DNA of 64,000 nt from Gracilinanus agilis. Lineage: Eukaryota. Positions 25,426-38,800 of this stretch are shown one piece after another. The position numbers and the translations under genes are program-made. The first letter of the stretch is position 1. Every line of letters starts with the position of its first letter. The stretch lies in contig NC_058133.1 of assembly GCF_016433145.1 (NCBI RefSeq), positions 405,124,911-405,188,910 on the forward strand, given 5' to 3'. The notes beneath the pieces were generated by a model, which saw only the letters and a program-made list of their open reading frames with translations, did not search any database and had not been told where the DNA came from.

Positions 25426-27095
25426 TTTCCAATCACTTCTGACTTGTTTTAATAATATTTAGTAACAATCTAAGTCACAGCAGGCAGTTACTTTCATATG
25501 CTTATAAATACAAATTGTTTGATACATCCTTTCAATTACCAATAAAACAACTTTTATTTTAAAGTAATGTTTTAAAGGTTTAGTTGGAGTTAAATTTCTC
25601 TTCAGTAAAATATTTAATTGAGTAATTGTAATTCATATCATATTCCTTTGTCTTGAAAATTAGTTTATGGTATGTCCTTACTTCCAAAGAGAGATGTTGA
25701 AAGTTTTGTTTAAACTGAGATTTTAACAAAAGTTTAGGGATAAAAAGGCCACTTTTATTAAATGATGTATTACTGAATCTCATAGGGCTAAATAATCTTT
25801 AGATAGATTTTTTTTCATTTTTCCCCATCATAGTCTGCCTACAGTAGACTTTGATTGCCAAGAAATTATCAGAGCTATAATAGTAATTCTCTCAATAACT
25901 CATTAGTTACTCATTTGTGCTCCTGCAAGAATTTTGTAGCATTACCTTTGAACTGAATTTCTAATGGGTACTAATTGGGGCTATGAAAGTAAGTAGGTGA
26001 TGATCTTCTCCCTTCCTCACATAGTTATGATATTTCTAGATTTAAGGAGGAAAATTTCTATTACCACTTGAAGATAGTTGTACCACTTATAAATCCTGCC
26101 TAGTAATCATCTAGATTAATATTAGACTCTTATTACTTATGCAGCACTACCTATAATAAGGAAATTCCCTACTTTTAAATAGATTATATCCTTGATATTT
26201 TATTCTAAGTTATTTCTTTGGGATTTTGAACACATTTCCTGTATTAACAGTGGTATAAATGATAACAGCTTCCCAGTACTACCCCACAAAAATTTGTTTA
26301 ACTTACTACTTAACTGAATTACTATTTGTTAGTAACTTAAGTGGTAGAAAAAATACAATTATAATAATATAAATTTTGTATATATACATATAATATCCTA
26401 AGTATATGCTCTCTTCAAAATAGAAATAATCTCTCATTTTTCTATGATGTAAAAGCATTTATCACAGTTCTGCCTTATGGTGTTATTTTTTACCTTCTCT
26501 CCTGTTATTTGGATTGCCCTCTGAAGATAGCATTCATCTTTATTTAGAAAAGTCAATAAACATTCATTAATTCTCTACTATGTGCCTGGCACTTTGGGAA
26601 GTGCTTGTTATATAAAAAGAGGCAAAAGACAGTCCTTTCCCTCAAGGAGCTCCCAATAATGTCCTGCATAGTACTTTGTTCATAGTTATTGTTAAAAAAT
26701 ATATGGCACATTAAGTTAAGGATAATTAGACCTAATTAGAAAACAGTGTAGATGTCAATAGAAACTCTGGCATATTAGAATTCTTGTAAAATTGAACTGT
26801 TTTGAAGACTACAAAGAAGAAGGGGAAAATTAATGAAACAAAGAATAGAAGAGAGCAATGTTCAAGGTAGAATCTAATCGAAGTTATATTTTAAATATGG
26901 ATTATACAAAAATATCCATTGAGTTAGCAGCCCCATTCAGCACAGGGCTATATTTGTCATGCCTTTTTTGAGTGTACCACTATAACATTTTTTTCCTCTT
27001 AAAAATTCCCTTCCCCTTTGGGGAAATAGAAATATGATGTTACATACTTTTATAGTCTTTTCAAATGGTCTTCACCTTTTTATTTTTAATTCCAG

Positions 27096-27242
27096 GCATT
27101 TAGGGAAGAGATTGCACCAATCAACCTAAAAGTTAAAACAGTGAATGATTTATCCAGCCAGCTGTCCCCTCTTGACTTGCATCCATCTTTAAAGATGTCT
27201 CGGCAGCTAGATGATCTTAATATGCGATGGAAACTTTTACAG
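27096..27242 (+). CDS. UTRN: Utrophin internal coding exon (homologue of DMD exon 60), 147 bp; [49 protein letters not shown]
   Basis: Acceptor ttttaattccag|GCA, donor CAG|gtatga. Phase 0-0, and the length matches DMD exon 60. The ORF track misses it in the correct frame. Confidence 0.97.
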
Positions 27243-28454
27243 GTATGACTTCATTTCTTTTCCTTTTGGAAAGATATTCCTTGGACTTCTCTCCCTTTCT
27301 CCTCTTTTTCTCCAAGTATTTTTTCCTTTTCCTCTTTTCTATTATTTTACTGATTGTCTTTGTCAATAATTTCAGCATGGAATCAAATGAATTATTTTTT
27401 AAGTCAAGAAAAGTTCATGTAGCCTTTGCTGTGTAGCACTTTTAGCAAGTGCTAAAGATGCAATGAAAGGCAAAAAAATAATCTCCCCTGACCACAGAAT
27501 TCACAGTCTTATAGAGGAAAAAATACTTGAAAATACATACATATATAATTCACAAGTGAATGTTTTATATATAAATATATAGATAAACATAACACATGCA
27601 TGAATAATAAGTTGGAGATTATCTCAGAGGAAAGGTGCAATCCATAAGGGACCCAGTAAAGGCTTCTTTCTAAAGCTATAGAGTGGGACAACCACTGACT
27701 ATTCATTTGTGTGCTGATTGCCTCATTTCCAGTGTGTCATGTGTTAAAAGGTAAAGGACCCCAACAATGTTAAGCGCAGTAAAGATTTCTAAAACCCAGC
27801 AGGAAAGTGACGTGAAATATTGGGGAATTTATTTGTGTGTCACACTGTGTTTTAAAGCTAAAAATTGTGACTAAATGAACAAAATAGATGTTTCCCAAGA
27901 AAAAATTTCATGATAAATTGGACTTTCTGAATTTATTTGAAGATATTGACAAAATAAGGGTGGAAATGTACAAATATTCTTACATAGTTGGTGGATATGA
28001 TAGTTAATTCATGCCGAAATTACTTGGGGATAGTAAGAAAATATTTAAGCTGCCATATATACTTTCTTTGGGAATAAATACTAAAAACAAAAAACTTAAA
28101 AACAAAAATGCTTTTTTTCATTGGATAGACATTCTTATAGTCCAATCTGATTTCCTTCCCATTCTCTTTTTCTTGCTTCTCATCTTAAAAGATAAGAAAT
28201 GAGGGAATATGTAATTTTTGATAGAAAAAACATTCTGTCACCTTTGTCTCAAATGCTGGTACACAACTCAGGTGTGAACTTCTAAGTGGATATTGGAGAG
28301 AAATCTGCGTTAGGAGGCAAAGTTGTTAACACTACAGAAACAGCTTTTTTTTGTTATTGTTTCTCCAAATATAATGAATGGTTCGTGGATGGTTTCAAGT
28401 CATAGTGTAATTTAATTAGCCCTTGAGGATGAAGCCGGACCCATCAAAATTCAG

Positions 28455-28530
28455 AGAAACACATGTTCTCAAATGTTTCCCTCTTAGAAAGGCAGCTGTG
28501 AAACTGATGATCTAAATATAACCAGCTGAG
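28455..28530. promoter_or_regulatory. Candidate myogenic enhancer motif cluster (E-box / MEF2 / E-box)
   Basis: CAGCTG 28493-28498, CTAAATATAA (YTAWWWWTAR) 28512-28521, CAGCTG 28523-28528. Motif match only. Confidence 0.3.
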
Positions 28531-29003
28531 TACAGATATTTAAACTAAGATAGGAAATTCTCATGAAAAGAATTGCCATTTCACTTGCTCCCTGAAACTA
28601 AAATGGAATGCAAAGTATAATTGATATAAAGGCAAGAGACCTGGATTCTAGGTTTCAGCTCTGCCCCTAACTATCTGCCTTCTGATGAGTTTCTTAACTT
28701 CTACAGTCTCCAACTTCTTAATCTGTAAAATGAGAGAGTTAAACTATATCCTCTCTAAAGTCTTTTGCTGCTCTATAATTCCTCTACCTCTCACTGGCTT
28801 CCTCTTTTACTTCTGTGAAGTGAATTATCTATCCTAGTAGATATGATAAAGTTGTTGAGGCAGAATCTGTAGAACCATAAGGATATCCTGTTTTGCCAGA
28901 TTTATATCTAAGGTTGTGATTATAGTTTTTAATTTTTTCTTCGTAATAAAGAGAATTCTGTTTCAAAACATGTATTTTGTTTTTCTTGCATTGATCTTTA
29001 TAG

Positions 29004-29082
29004 GTTTCTGTAGAAGACCGCCTTAAGCAGCTTCAAGAAGCCCATCGAGATTTTGGACCATCTTCTCAGCATTTTCTCTCCA
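29004..29082 (+). CDS. UTRN: Utrophin internal coding exon (homologue of DMD exon 61), 79 bp; VSVEDRLKQLQEAHRDFGPSSQHFLS(T)
   Basis: Acceptor tgatctttatag|GTT, donor CCA|gtaagt. The 79 bp length equals DMD exon 61. Covers the end of the last spectrin repeat and hinge 4. Confidence 0.97.
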
Positions 29083-29438
29083 GTAAGTAGTATTAAGGAT
29101 GATAGAACTCATAATTTTACTATTAAATTCTTGTTTTCTTTCACTTAGAAATTCTTCTATAGCTACTTAATTCCTTAATAATACAATTAATATCTAAAAG
29201 ATTCAGTATAGAAAAAATAATAATCTCACTATTCTTTAAACTTTCTTTTAAGCAAACTATTCTTCTCTTTCCCCTTTTCTTATTTACTCCAAAGCTTACT
29301 ATGGAGCCTGGAAATCCCTGGGAAGATTTTTTTTCCCCAGAAAGGTTATCCTTTTCCCTTCCTGGTAACTGACTTTCTCCCATATCCTTACCCTTGCTGG
29401 AGGGAACCACAATCTTTGCTCTACTCCAGTATTTAGAC

Positions 29439-29630
29439 CAGCGGTTCCCAAACTTTTTTGGCCTACCACCCCCTTTTCAGAAAAAAAAATATTACTTAGC
29501 GCCCCCTGGAAATTATGAAACTATTTATTGAACTCAGAATAGAATGTAATACCAAAAAAAAAAAGTGTGGCCTCCCTGGTTTGCTGCAGCACCCATCAGG
29601 GGGCAGTAGCGCCCACTTTGGCAATCACTG
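29439..29630. mobile_element. Non-autonomous hAT/Charlie-type MITE, 192 bp
   Basis: Perfect 8-bp TSD ATTTAGAC (29431-29438, 29631-29638). TIRs CAGCGGTTCCCAAACT and CAGTGATTGCCAAAGT (reverse complement of the right end) match 12/16. Confidence 0.85.
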
Positions 29631-30212
29631 ATTTAGACCTTCTTCACCCTTTCCCTTCGATCTTTGCTTCTATGCTTCCTGAGTTATGGGATAGACACTG
29701 TAATGAAACTTAGCATTTACCTTAACATTGAAAGAACCCTTATAACTTTTTGACTTTCCATTCTTTCTGCTCCTGAAGCCTCCAATACATTTCATTTTTA
29801 CCATTTGTAATGTGAAGTCTTTGAATACAGGAATGAAAGTAAGAACTGTCTTCTTTTTCTGATTATTTCCTTTGTGCTTAGCATCATTAAGCTCCTATTG
29901 AGTGCTCCATTCATTCATTTATTAATTTATTTTGGCTGATACATTAGCTTACACAAAAGTCACTCAACATTTCTTTCATCTAATAGCTTATGGACAGAAA
30001 CCAAAACTCACATGGATTAGCATTATGAACTTTTGCCACCGAAAAAATAATTTTCCTATTTCACCTTTTCTACCTAAGAATAGCTATCATTAATTATCAT
30101 GTAACTGACCATATGATTTCACAGTTACAAATCATTATTATTTCAGAAATAAAATCCAAACCTCACAAATCTCTTTTTAAACAACTTTCCCATTAAGAAT
30201 GGAGAAAATGGG

Positions 30213-30408
30213 GGCAGCTGGGTGGCTCAGTGGATTGATAGCCAGGCCTAGAGATGGGAGGTCCTAGATTCAAATCTGGCCTCAGACACTTCCTATCTGT
30301 GTGACCCTGGGCAAGTAGCTTGACCCCCATTGCCTACCCTTACCACTCTTCTGCCTTGGAGCCAATACACATTGCTCCAAGACAGAAGGTAAGAGTTTAA
30401 AAAAAAAT
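30213..30408 (+). mobile_element. SINE1_Mdo-like SINE
   Basis: Perfect TSD GAATGGAGAAAATGGG (30197-30212, 30409-30424). Confidence 0.93.
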
Positions 30409-32626
30409 GAATGGAGAAAATGGGCATATTCAGCCTCGAAAAGTGAAAGAGATAGACATTCAGAATAGCTGTCCTCTGATTCAATTTAGCAATCATTTGA
30501 TATTGTTCACTATGTGTTAGGCATCATACAATACAGAAATATAGTTATAAAAACAATTAATATTTTTAAAAAGCTTTCATGATACTATCAATATATTTAG
30601 GAAAATGGAATTGTATTATTGTTTGTATAATCTGTTTAATTCACGTTTTGTTAGGTAAAGTTTCAAACTTTTGGCATGGCTTGTTGTCATGTTATGAAAA
30701 ACTTGTCATGTTGTGACTTCATTTCTTGCCTTTTCATGATTTTTAATACTGTTTTGGTTATAGCCTATATCTTTAAATCAGTATTTATTTTCTCAGTTGT
30801 TATCACTAATTAGAATTCAATATTTTTAAAGTACAACCTAGGTTCTACCCTTTTCTACCACTTGTGTATTTCTCATCATTGTGACTTATTTTATTTGGAT
30901 TTTCCCTAGTTTATTGATCTAGCATGGTTGTCAGTAAATTATACGAGAATATATTAATATTAACAATTTTCTGCTTGTATTCTTTTACCTTAATCTTCTA
31001 TTATGGAATTCAGCTAACTTATATGAAGATTAGGGCATTTTTTGTTGCTTGAGTACTGAAACGTAAGATTATTGTCTAAATTCAATCTTGCTTATCTTGA
31101 TAAAGAAAACCATGTGCTAATTTTTATTGCTTTTAGTTTAAATTTTTACTATTTACATAAGCTCAAAGTATGCTAGCATTTAAATAAAATTTAATTTTTC
31201 CAAAAGGAATATATTTCATAATTAAATATTAAAGAAGAAAATAATAAACTAACAAGTATTAGAGTCTGGGTTATAGTTCTTTATATAAAAATTATTTAAT
31301 CACTTGAATGGATCTCTAAGCTTTGATTGACCTGTCATTTGTGAAGACAGTGAGCAAATCTGAATTCAGGGGTGATCAAGAATGAGATTATGAAATTCCC
31401 TGTGAATTTACTTGTGAAAATTCAGCTCATTACCTTTTACTGCCTAAAACTAGAGATACTAATTGAGGCTGAGGAAGTTAGTTCATTCAAACAAATAATT
31501 AAAGTTGAAAAAGGAGTATAAATAGGACCTTAATTAATTTACTAATTGATCTCCCCTGCCGCTTACAGTCTTTAGCTGCGTTATTATTTGGACTTGAGCC
31601 ATAGGTTATGTAAAAGTCTCATTTGGTTAAACTTTGGAATTAACACTAATCCATTAGTCCTGTGCCAAAAAGAAATCAAATGGTTTTATGAGTAATTTAA
31701 TTTCCAATCTACTACACTCTTGCTTTCTGTTCTGTTCCCTTTTTGGTGTTTTTTTTTTTAATAATAAGGTTATTTTCTGATGAAGGGAATTGTCACTACA
31801 GTTTTTTATAGACTACTACTTATAATGTGAAAGGAAAATGTAGTGAACATAATATGGTAAGAGCTTCAATGGTAAGAGCTTTTAAAAAGTATCCCATACA
31901 ATTTTAATGAAATAGCATTTTCAAGAGAGTATTTGACTGCCACTTGTAGTTTCTTGCCTTCTTAAAATTACTTGAAATATAGAAGCATACAGCATTCTCT
32001 CAAAACCAGGCTAAGTAAAGCAATAAACAATTATATACTTCAAAAAATGTGCCAGACTTCAGACTAATTTACTAAAGTGTAAATTATGAGGTTATAATTT
32101 GTTAATATTTCATTTAAAACTGTTTGAGACCTAAAAGATCTAATTAATTACTTTTGTTTTAAAAAAACCATCAAGTTAATTTGTTTATTTCAATTTTTAC
32201 TTTTTGATTTCATATTAATATTTTTAAGAACTGTATTTTCATCTGTAGGAGTATTCTAATTCAGACTATGTTTCCTCCTATAATTCACTAGAGTTATAGG
32301 ACTTCTTGTGACCAAACTCTACCAAAAACATCACTCTTTTTATCACCAGGTAATAACGATTTTCCTTTGACCTAGCTAGGTTAGTCTTCTGATAAAAGAG
32401 AGCCAGCGTACCACTGGGGGAGTACTCAGAGCTTTTTCAGCTTGAGAAGCTCAGAGCTTATAAGTATAATCTTCCAGTATCTAGAGTCATCTTCACACCA
32501 TGATGGGGCATCAGAGTAGAATTTCAGGAGTTTTTAATTTCCATTATTATATAATTGGTTGGTGCTCCCTATGTTGAAATACTCCTGCACTCCTTAAGCT
32601 CACATACGGTCAAATAGGTAATGTAG

Positions 32627-32886
32627 AATTTAGTTCAGTCATTTTCACTCATGTTTGACTCTTCTTGAAACCATTTGGGATTTTCGTGGCAAACATACTA
32701 AAGTGTTTTGCCATTTCCTTCTCCAGCTCATTTTATAGATAAGGAAACTGAGACAAACAAGGCCAATTAACATGCCCAGGTTCATACAGCTAGTAACTGT
32801 CTGAGACCAGATTTGAATTCAGGAAGAGAAATAAGCCTTTCTGACTCCAGGCCTAGCACTCTATCCATTGTGCCACCTAGCAGCCT
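32627..32886 (-). mobile_element. MAR1-like SINE, antisense
   Basis: ttgccatttccttctccagctcattttatagataaggaaactgag...gtgccacctagcagcc. Confidence 0.8.
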
Positions 32887-33348
32887 AGATAATATAGACA
32901 GCCTGAAAAATTATGACCACAAAAATCTAGTTGAGTATTTCTCACAAAGATATAGTTGGTTTTAATTTCATCATTACCTTGCATATTCTGGGAACAACAT
33001 ACTTCATCATAATTTCTCAAAATATACATGCTATTCGTTTTTTCAGATTGGAAACCAGAAACATTTTTTTTCAGCTTTCAGTTAATTATAGCATGTCTAC
33101 TCCCTCTTTGGGGTAATAAAGTATAAATTGTTTGTTTTTGAATTACCTCAAATAAATCTTTGACACCATACACTGTATCACGCTTTAATCTAGCTGATTT
33201 TACAATTACAGTTACAGAATTATACACAACTACAGAAACCTTGCAATGGGAGCACTCTCAAATTTGATATAAAAATCAGATCAGTTGCTTTGAGTGATCT
33301 GTAGAGTTTTTAAGCTCAGTGTTATAATGTCTTCTTTTGTTTCCTCAG

Positions 33349-33409
33349 CTTCCGTCCAGCTTCCGTGGCAGAGGTCTGTTTCACATAACAAAGTACCATA
33401 CTACATCAA
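33349..33409 (+). CDS. UTRN: Utrophin internal coding exon (homologue of DMD exon 62), 61 bp; (T)[19 protein letters not shown](N), first half of the WW domain
   Basis: Acceptor ttttgtttcctcag|CT, donor CAA|gtaagt. Phase 1 to 2. Contains the first WW tryptophan and the YY motif. Confidence 0.97.
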
Positions 33410-34429
33410 GTAAGTTTCCTTTGGTTCTCTTTAATGGTAGTGTGAAAACTTCATGGCTTTAACTGCCAAGATTCAGTTGTACTATCTTGAAGGAAAACGA
33501 ATTTCTAAAAATGTGAAAGAAATGGGTGTAAACATCACACTGACTATTCTCCATCATTGCATCAAAAATGTTTTTTTTTTCCCGTTAATGAGTAAAATTT
33601 TATACCTTCCCCATAAAAGATATGAGTTCAAAATTCTCCTGTATGGATTATAGATCATATCTTGCTATCATGATAATATTAACTATGATAACAATTATAA
33701 TAGATAGTATCTTCAAGATTTCCAAGTGCTTTATATACATTGTTTCTTCTGCAAAATGTTTCTTCTGCAAAATGCAAAAATGTATAAATTTTAAAGTTCC
33801 TTATAAATATCAATTATTAATCTCCCTACCTATGGCGATTACATAAGCAACTCTCATCTATCCCCTCCCTTTGTCTTAGTGCCCCAGCTTCTCTCCAACA
33901 CACACAAATATATATGATTTCCAGCTAAACTCATTCTCTAGACTCTCCTCCATTGCACTCTGGCGCCACTGGACAACTCTCCTAATTTCCTTCATTTTGT
34001 CTTTGCTTAATAGAATGTAAACTCTTTTTCAGTAGAGACTGTCTTGTTTTCTTATGGTTATGTCTTCAGTGCTTAGCATAGTGCCTGGCACATATTAAGG
34101 ACTTAATAAATGTTCTGTCTCTTTTTGATAGCAAATAAGAATTTACTTTTAAGTAAATTTTAGGCAGGGATATTTTAATTAATGCTTTTATTTCTGGGAA
34201 ATTGGTTAAGCAACATTTTTTTAGGGCAGTCAGAAAAATGAACATTTCTTTGAAAATTCGGAGACAACATGATTGCACTATTTTTATTTTCACATCCACA
34301 ACTTTTTATCATGGCATATTTCAGTAGAAAAATTTTGTTCTGGAAAGGCGTGTCTTTGCCTTATCTGATGAATATGTTTCATCACTTTATTGTCTAGATT
34401 TGCCAAAGCTTCTAAAAAAGCTTTCTTCT

Positions 34430-34614
34430 GGGGGCAGCTGGGTAGCTCAGTGGATTGAGAGCCAGGCCTACAGACGGGAGGGCCTAGGTTCAAAGCCGGC
34501 CTCAGACACTTTCCAGCTGTGTGACCCTGGGCAAGTCACTTGACCCCCATTGCCCACCCTTACCACTCTTCCACCAAGGAGCCAATACACAGAAGTTAAG
34601 GGTTTTTTAAAAAA
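34430..34614 (+). mobile_element. SINE1_Mdo-like SINE, young
   Basis: Perfect TSD AAAAAAGCTTTCTTCT (34414-34429, 34615-34630). CpGs are retained. Confidence 0.93.
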
Positions 34615-35694
34615 AAAAAAGCTTTCTTCTTCCATAAAATTCTGAAATTCTGGAGTTCTTAGTAGCAAATGCCTCTTGCATGATTAATTTGAGATATCAT
34701 ATGATTTAGAATACCTGATTTCATTGTTCTCACTTTGCCAGGTATCAGTTGAACTATCTTGAGCAAGTCACTTAAAATCTCAGGGTCCCTAGACAACTCT
34801 CTAACAGTACTACAAATTACAGGGTAGTGGGCAGAAATTATTGGTCCAAATAATAAAAATGGTTTTCCCCTTATGTTTGGGCAATTAAAAGTGAGATATA
34901 ATTGACAATACGCATTCTGCTAAAATTTTAAATATTTTATTATTAATTAATTGTTAATTAATATTTTCGACAAGATGTTGACCAATTTTGACAATCACCC
35001 TCTCCCTCACTTTTTTTTAAATTATCAAATCCAACCTTGTTTTCATTTTCTCATTCTTCCTTGTCTGCAAAATGGACATAGATGATAGTTATACTATCTC
35101 CTTATCAAGGCTATTTGAAGGATCAGATGTGATATTTGGCACATCTTTACCTCTTTAGGCTTCCAGAAAACTGAGATAATGTATGTAAAGAGCTTTTTGT
35201 ATAAATGCCAGCTTTTTAAAAAATGAATTTTCATAATGTATCTCACTTTCTGAACTGTAAAATCTTATAGAAATTTGATATTTTAAAAATTATGTATTAA
35301 AGAAAAGGTTAAAGGTTTGCTTAACAGATTTGATCTCAAGATCTTCTAGTTGTCTGCATTTTATCTTTCAACATAGTTCCATGGTTTAAGTGTTGAAACC
35401 AGAAGAGTAGATATTTGCCTATAATTAGTTGATCCTGTATTCCTACCTCAAAATTCCATTAATTTCAATGAAAAAAGAAAGTGAATTTGTTCAAGTACTG
35501 GATAATCATTGTTTCTTGTATTTTTTACAATTACCTGACGTGGTAATAGAACATTCCTGTTTGGGAAAGCTTAGTACTTAAATTTTTTATGCAGTACAAG
35601 TTTAATTGTAATGTCATTAAGAGTTGGTGGTAATTTGAATAAACTGGGTTTGCAGAATCTTCATTTGATTTTTCACAGTATAAAAGAATATAAA

Positions 35695-35871
35695 GGGGCA
35701 GCTGGGTAGCTCAGTGGATTGAGAGGCCTAGAGACAGGAGGTCCTAGGTTCAAATCCGGCCTCAGACACTTCCCAGCTGTGTGACCCTAGGCAAGTCACT
35801 TGACCCCCATTGCCCACCTTTACCACTCTTCCTCCTAGGAGCAATACACAGAAGTTAAGGGTTTAAAAAAG
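35695..35871 (+). mobile_element. SINE1_Mdo-like SINE, young
   Basis: TSD AAAAGAATATAAA (35682-35694, 35872-35884). Confidence 0.93.
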
Positions 35872-38800
35872 AAAAGAATATAAAAGCCAGTCTATTCTAT
35901 ATCATATTACCCACAGCTCTTAAATTTTTCTTTTATAATTTGTCTCTCTCTCTTTTTTTTTAATTTAGGCCAGTATGGTAACATAGAATTACACATCAAT
36001 TCTATTGGTGGGTTATATTATATAAAGGGTGAATTATGTATGATTTATTTCCATTACAGAGGAATACTACTCAGTCTTTCCCCTGGCATTTAGAGATTAA
36101 ATAGGTATCATGGCAAAAACAAAAAACAACAACAACAAAACCAAAAACCCCAAACCCAACAATTTGGGTATTCTGAGTAAGATTCAGGAGGTCAAAAAAG
36201 ATCTATAGGTGATGCTGACAAGATCCTGCCTTAGAGAAGCCAAAAGTGGAGGTTTGGGAGAGTGACCCACACCACACCCTCCTTTCTCCACTATTAGTTA
36301 TTTCCTTACTGAGCTTACCCTGGACATACTCCAGGAAAAGAGTTTTTATGTTCTGTCCCATGAACTTGGTTTTAATAATATTTTGATAACTGTATTTCAA
36401 TATAATTAAATTTTATGAAGTCCTGTGCATTTTTAAGAAATAGTTTTATTTTTAATTAGTTTTTTCAACCTTTTTGTTTTCTCTTCATCTTTCTAGTCCT
36501 AGCTCAGTAGGATAAAAGACAAAGACAAAGGCAAATTCCCTGTAAGAAATATGATTAGTCAAGCAAAATAAATTTCCTTATTGACAAGAGTTCAAAAAAT
36601 ACATCTTGTTCTGGACCCTGACTCCATCATCTCTCTGCCAGGGTCGATTTTATTTTACAATATAAAAACATGTCTATAAACTTAGCCAGTTTGTGTGTGT
36701 GCGTGTGTGGTGAGAGAGACATATGGAGGCAGAGGCAGAGATTTGTATGTGAGTGGAGATGGGGTGGGGATATTAAATGCCCCTACTGTTGTGTAAAGTG
36801 AGAATTGGGGACAGGGTAGATGACCAAGCTCAAGCAGCAGGTACCAAAGAAAGAGGAGAAAGAAAAACTGGATGTGACCTTGAGCAGTTCAATTAATTTC
36901 TCTTTCCTCTCAGAAACTCTAAAGACGGTATATGAATTTCAGAAAAGGTGCCAACTTGCATTGCTAGAAATTTCCTCCTCCCTGTATCAATTAAATCATA
37001 GTTCCAGTCTTTCCCTGTATCTCTATTATGCTATACATACCTTACCTAAAAATTTGTGCTTGGTTACATAAAATAAAAGTATTACAGTGGAATTCTTAAA
37101 TTATATTTCTGTATATAGTATTTCTTTGAGACTATTTATAATACATTATCCAAGCACGGATTGATGCCACCCTCAGATTATACTAGATTTCTCTCCCTAG
37201 GAAAGCAAATATTTGTGTGCTTAGAGATGGTGAGGAAGATGAGAAAAAGATTAAAAACATGGAATCTTTGGGCAAATCTATATCGTATGAGTGCCCTCTT
37301 TTCTTTGTTATGTGCTTTGCGTTTTCTTCCTATTCATTTTCTTTTTTTACTCATTTAATATAATATAATCAATCCATATCATATACATGAATTAATGTAT
37401 ATATGTGATAAATGTCACCTCTTCTCCCCTCATTTTGTACCTAACCACACTTCGAATTGAGATCAAGATCTTTTGTGGTATTTCCTTTGGAAATGAATTG
37501 GGTAGTTGTTAAGGGGTTAGGAGTTGGCTGGTCTCTTAAAAATTCTTTTAAATTACTTTTATTTTGTAGTCATTTGCTGATAAAGACTTTGACTAGACAA
37601 AGTCATTGCAACCAATAGAAATTTATTATAAAATACTCTATAACTTTGCTATATTCTGCCAATTCAGTTAGGTTTCATCCTTGATTAATATATACATAGA
37701 CAATAAATCCATTTTATGTAATAAAAGGAATATAGTTAAAGTAATACTGATCAGAGATGAAAGGCAAAGGCAACATTCTTGCCCACTGTTCTCCCTTCCT
37801 TTACCAAAATGAATTATATGTATTTTATCATTTTCCTCTAAAACCAAGTGGGATAATTGTATTTAAAGCTTTGCTTTCCCTAGAATTAAGATCTACCTGA
37901 AGACCTGCCATACTTGCTGATGTGACACTACTTCTTCCATCATTTCTTTTTGGTTTCCTATAGATAGTGGAACTACGTAAAGATTTACTATTTGCTATTC
38001 ATCCAATTTTATTCACTTCTTGTGTTCTATGAAAACTTTGATTAATATTAATCTAATATCTATTGATCTTTTCATAAGAACCTATTAATAGAAAATATAT
38101 TTCAGTTGGATAGGTTTTTTTAATCAAGCTCATTTTAAGAGTTGTTAGGAAAATGATATTCAAATCATAAATTAATAAAAAGTCAATAAACTAAAATATT
38201 TTAATAGGATTCACCTTATGAAAAATTGTACATGAAACTAGGTTATAAATCATAACATTCAAACAATAATAAGGCTTTTCCAACTCACCTTAATTCTAGA
38301 CTTCCCTCCTCTGTTAACTATTTTCTCTATATCCTGTAGTTTGTCTGTACAATAGTTCTTTGCATTTTTTTTCCCTATTAGATTTTGAGCACCTTGAGAG
38401 CAGGGATTGGTTGGTTTTGGGCTCCCCAGAACTTAGCACAGTGCCTAGCACATAGTAGTTGCCGCAATTTGGCTTGTTAAATATGGAAGTTACCGAACTG
38501 ATGTTGATCTGTATTTACTGAGTAAGCTTTGTCATCAAGAGTTGCCTATGCCAATGAAATCCCAAATTTGGACCATACATGTGCAGGGAAATGGACCAAT
38601 GGTGAGATGAGTCAATGTAGATAAAAGATTGGCCTTCAAGTTAAGAAAAATTGGGTTATATCATGCTTCTGATTCATACTGGCTAAACAATTGAATGTGA
38701 GAGTAGGGACTTTTTATTTTATTTTTTTAATTTTTATACCCTGGCCCCTAGGATGGAGTCTTCCAGAGAGTATACTGATTCATTGGGTGATCACAGGCTA

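Noticed and set aside
36792-37068. TGT...ACA-bounded block that could be a small LTR
   Set aside because: No TSD and no clear TATA or poly(A) arrangement, so the termini alone are insufficient.
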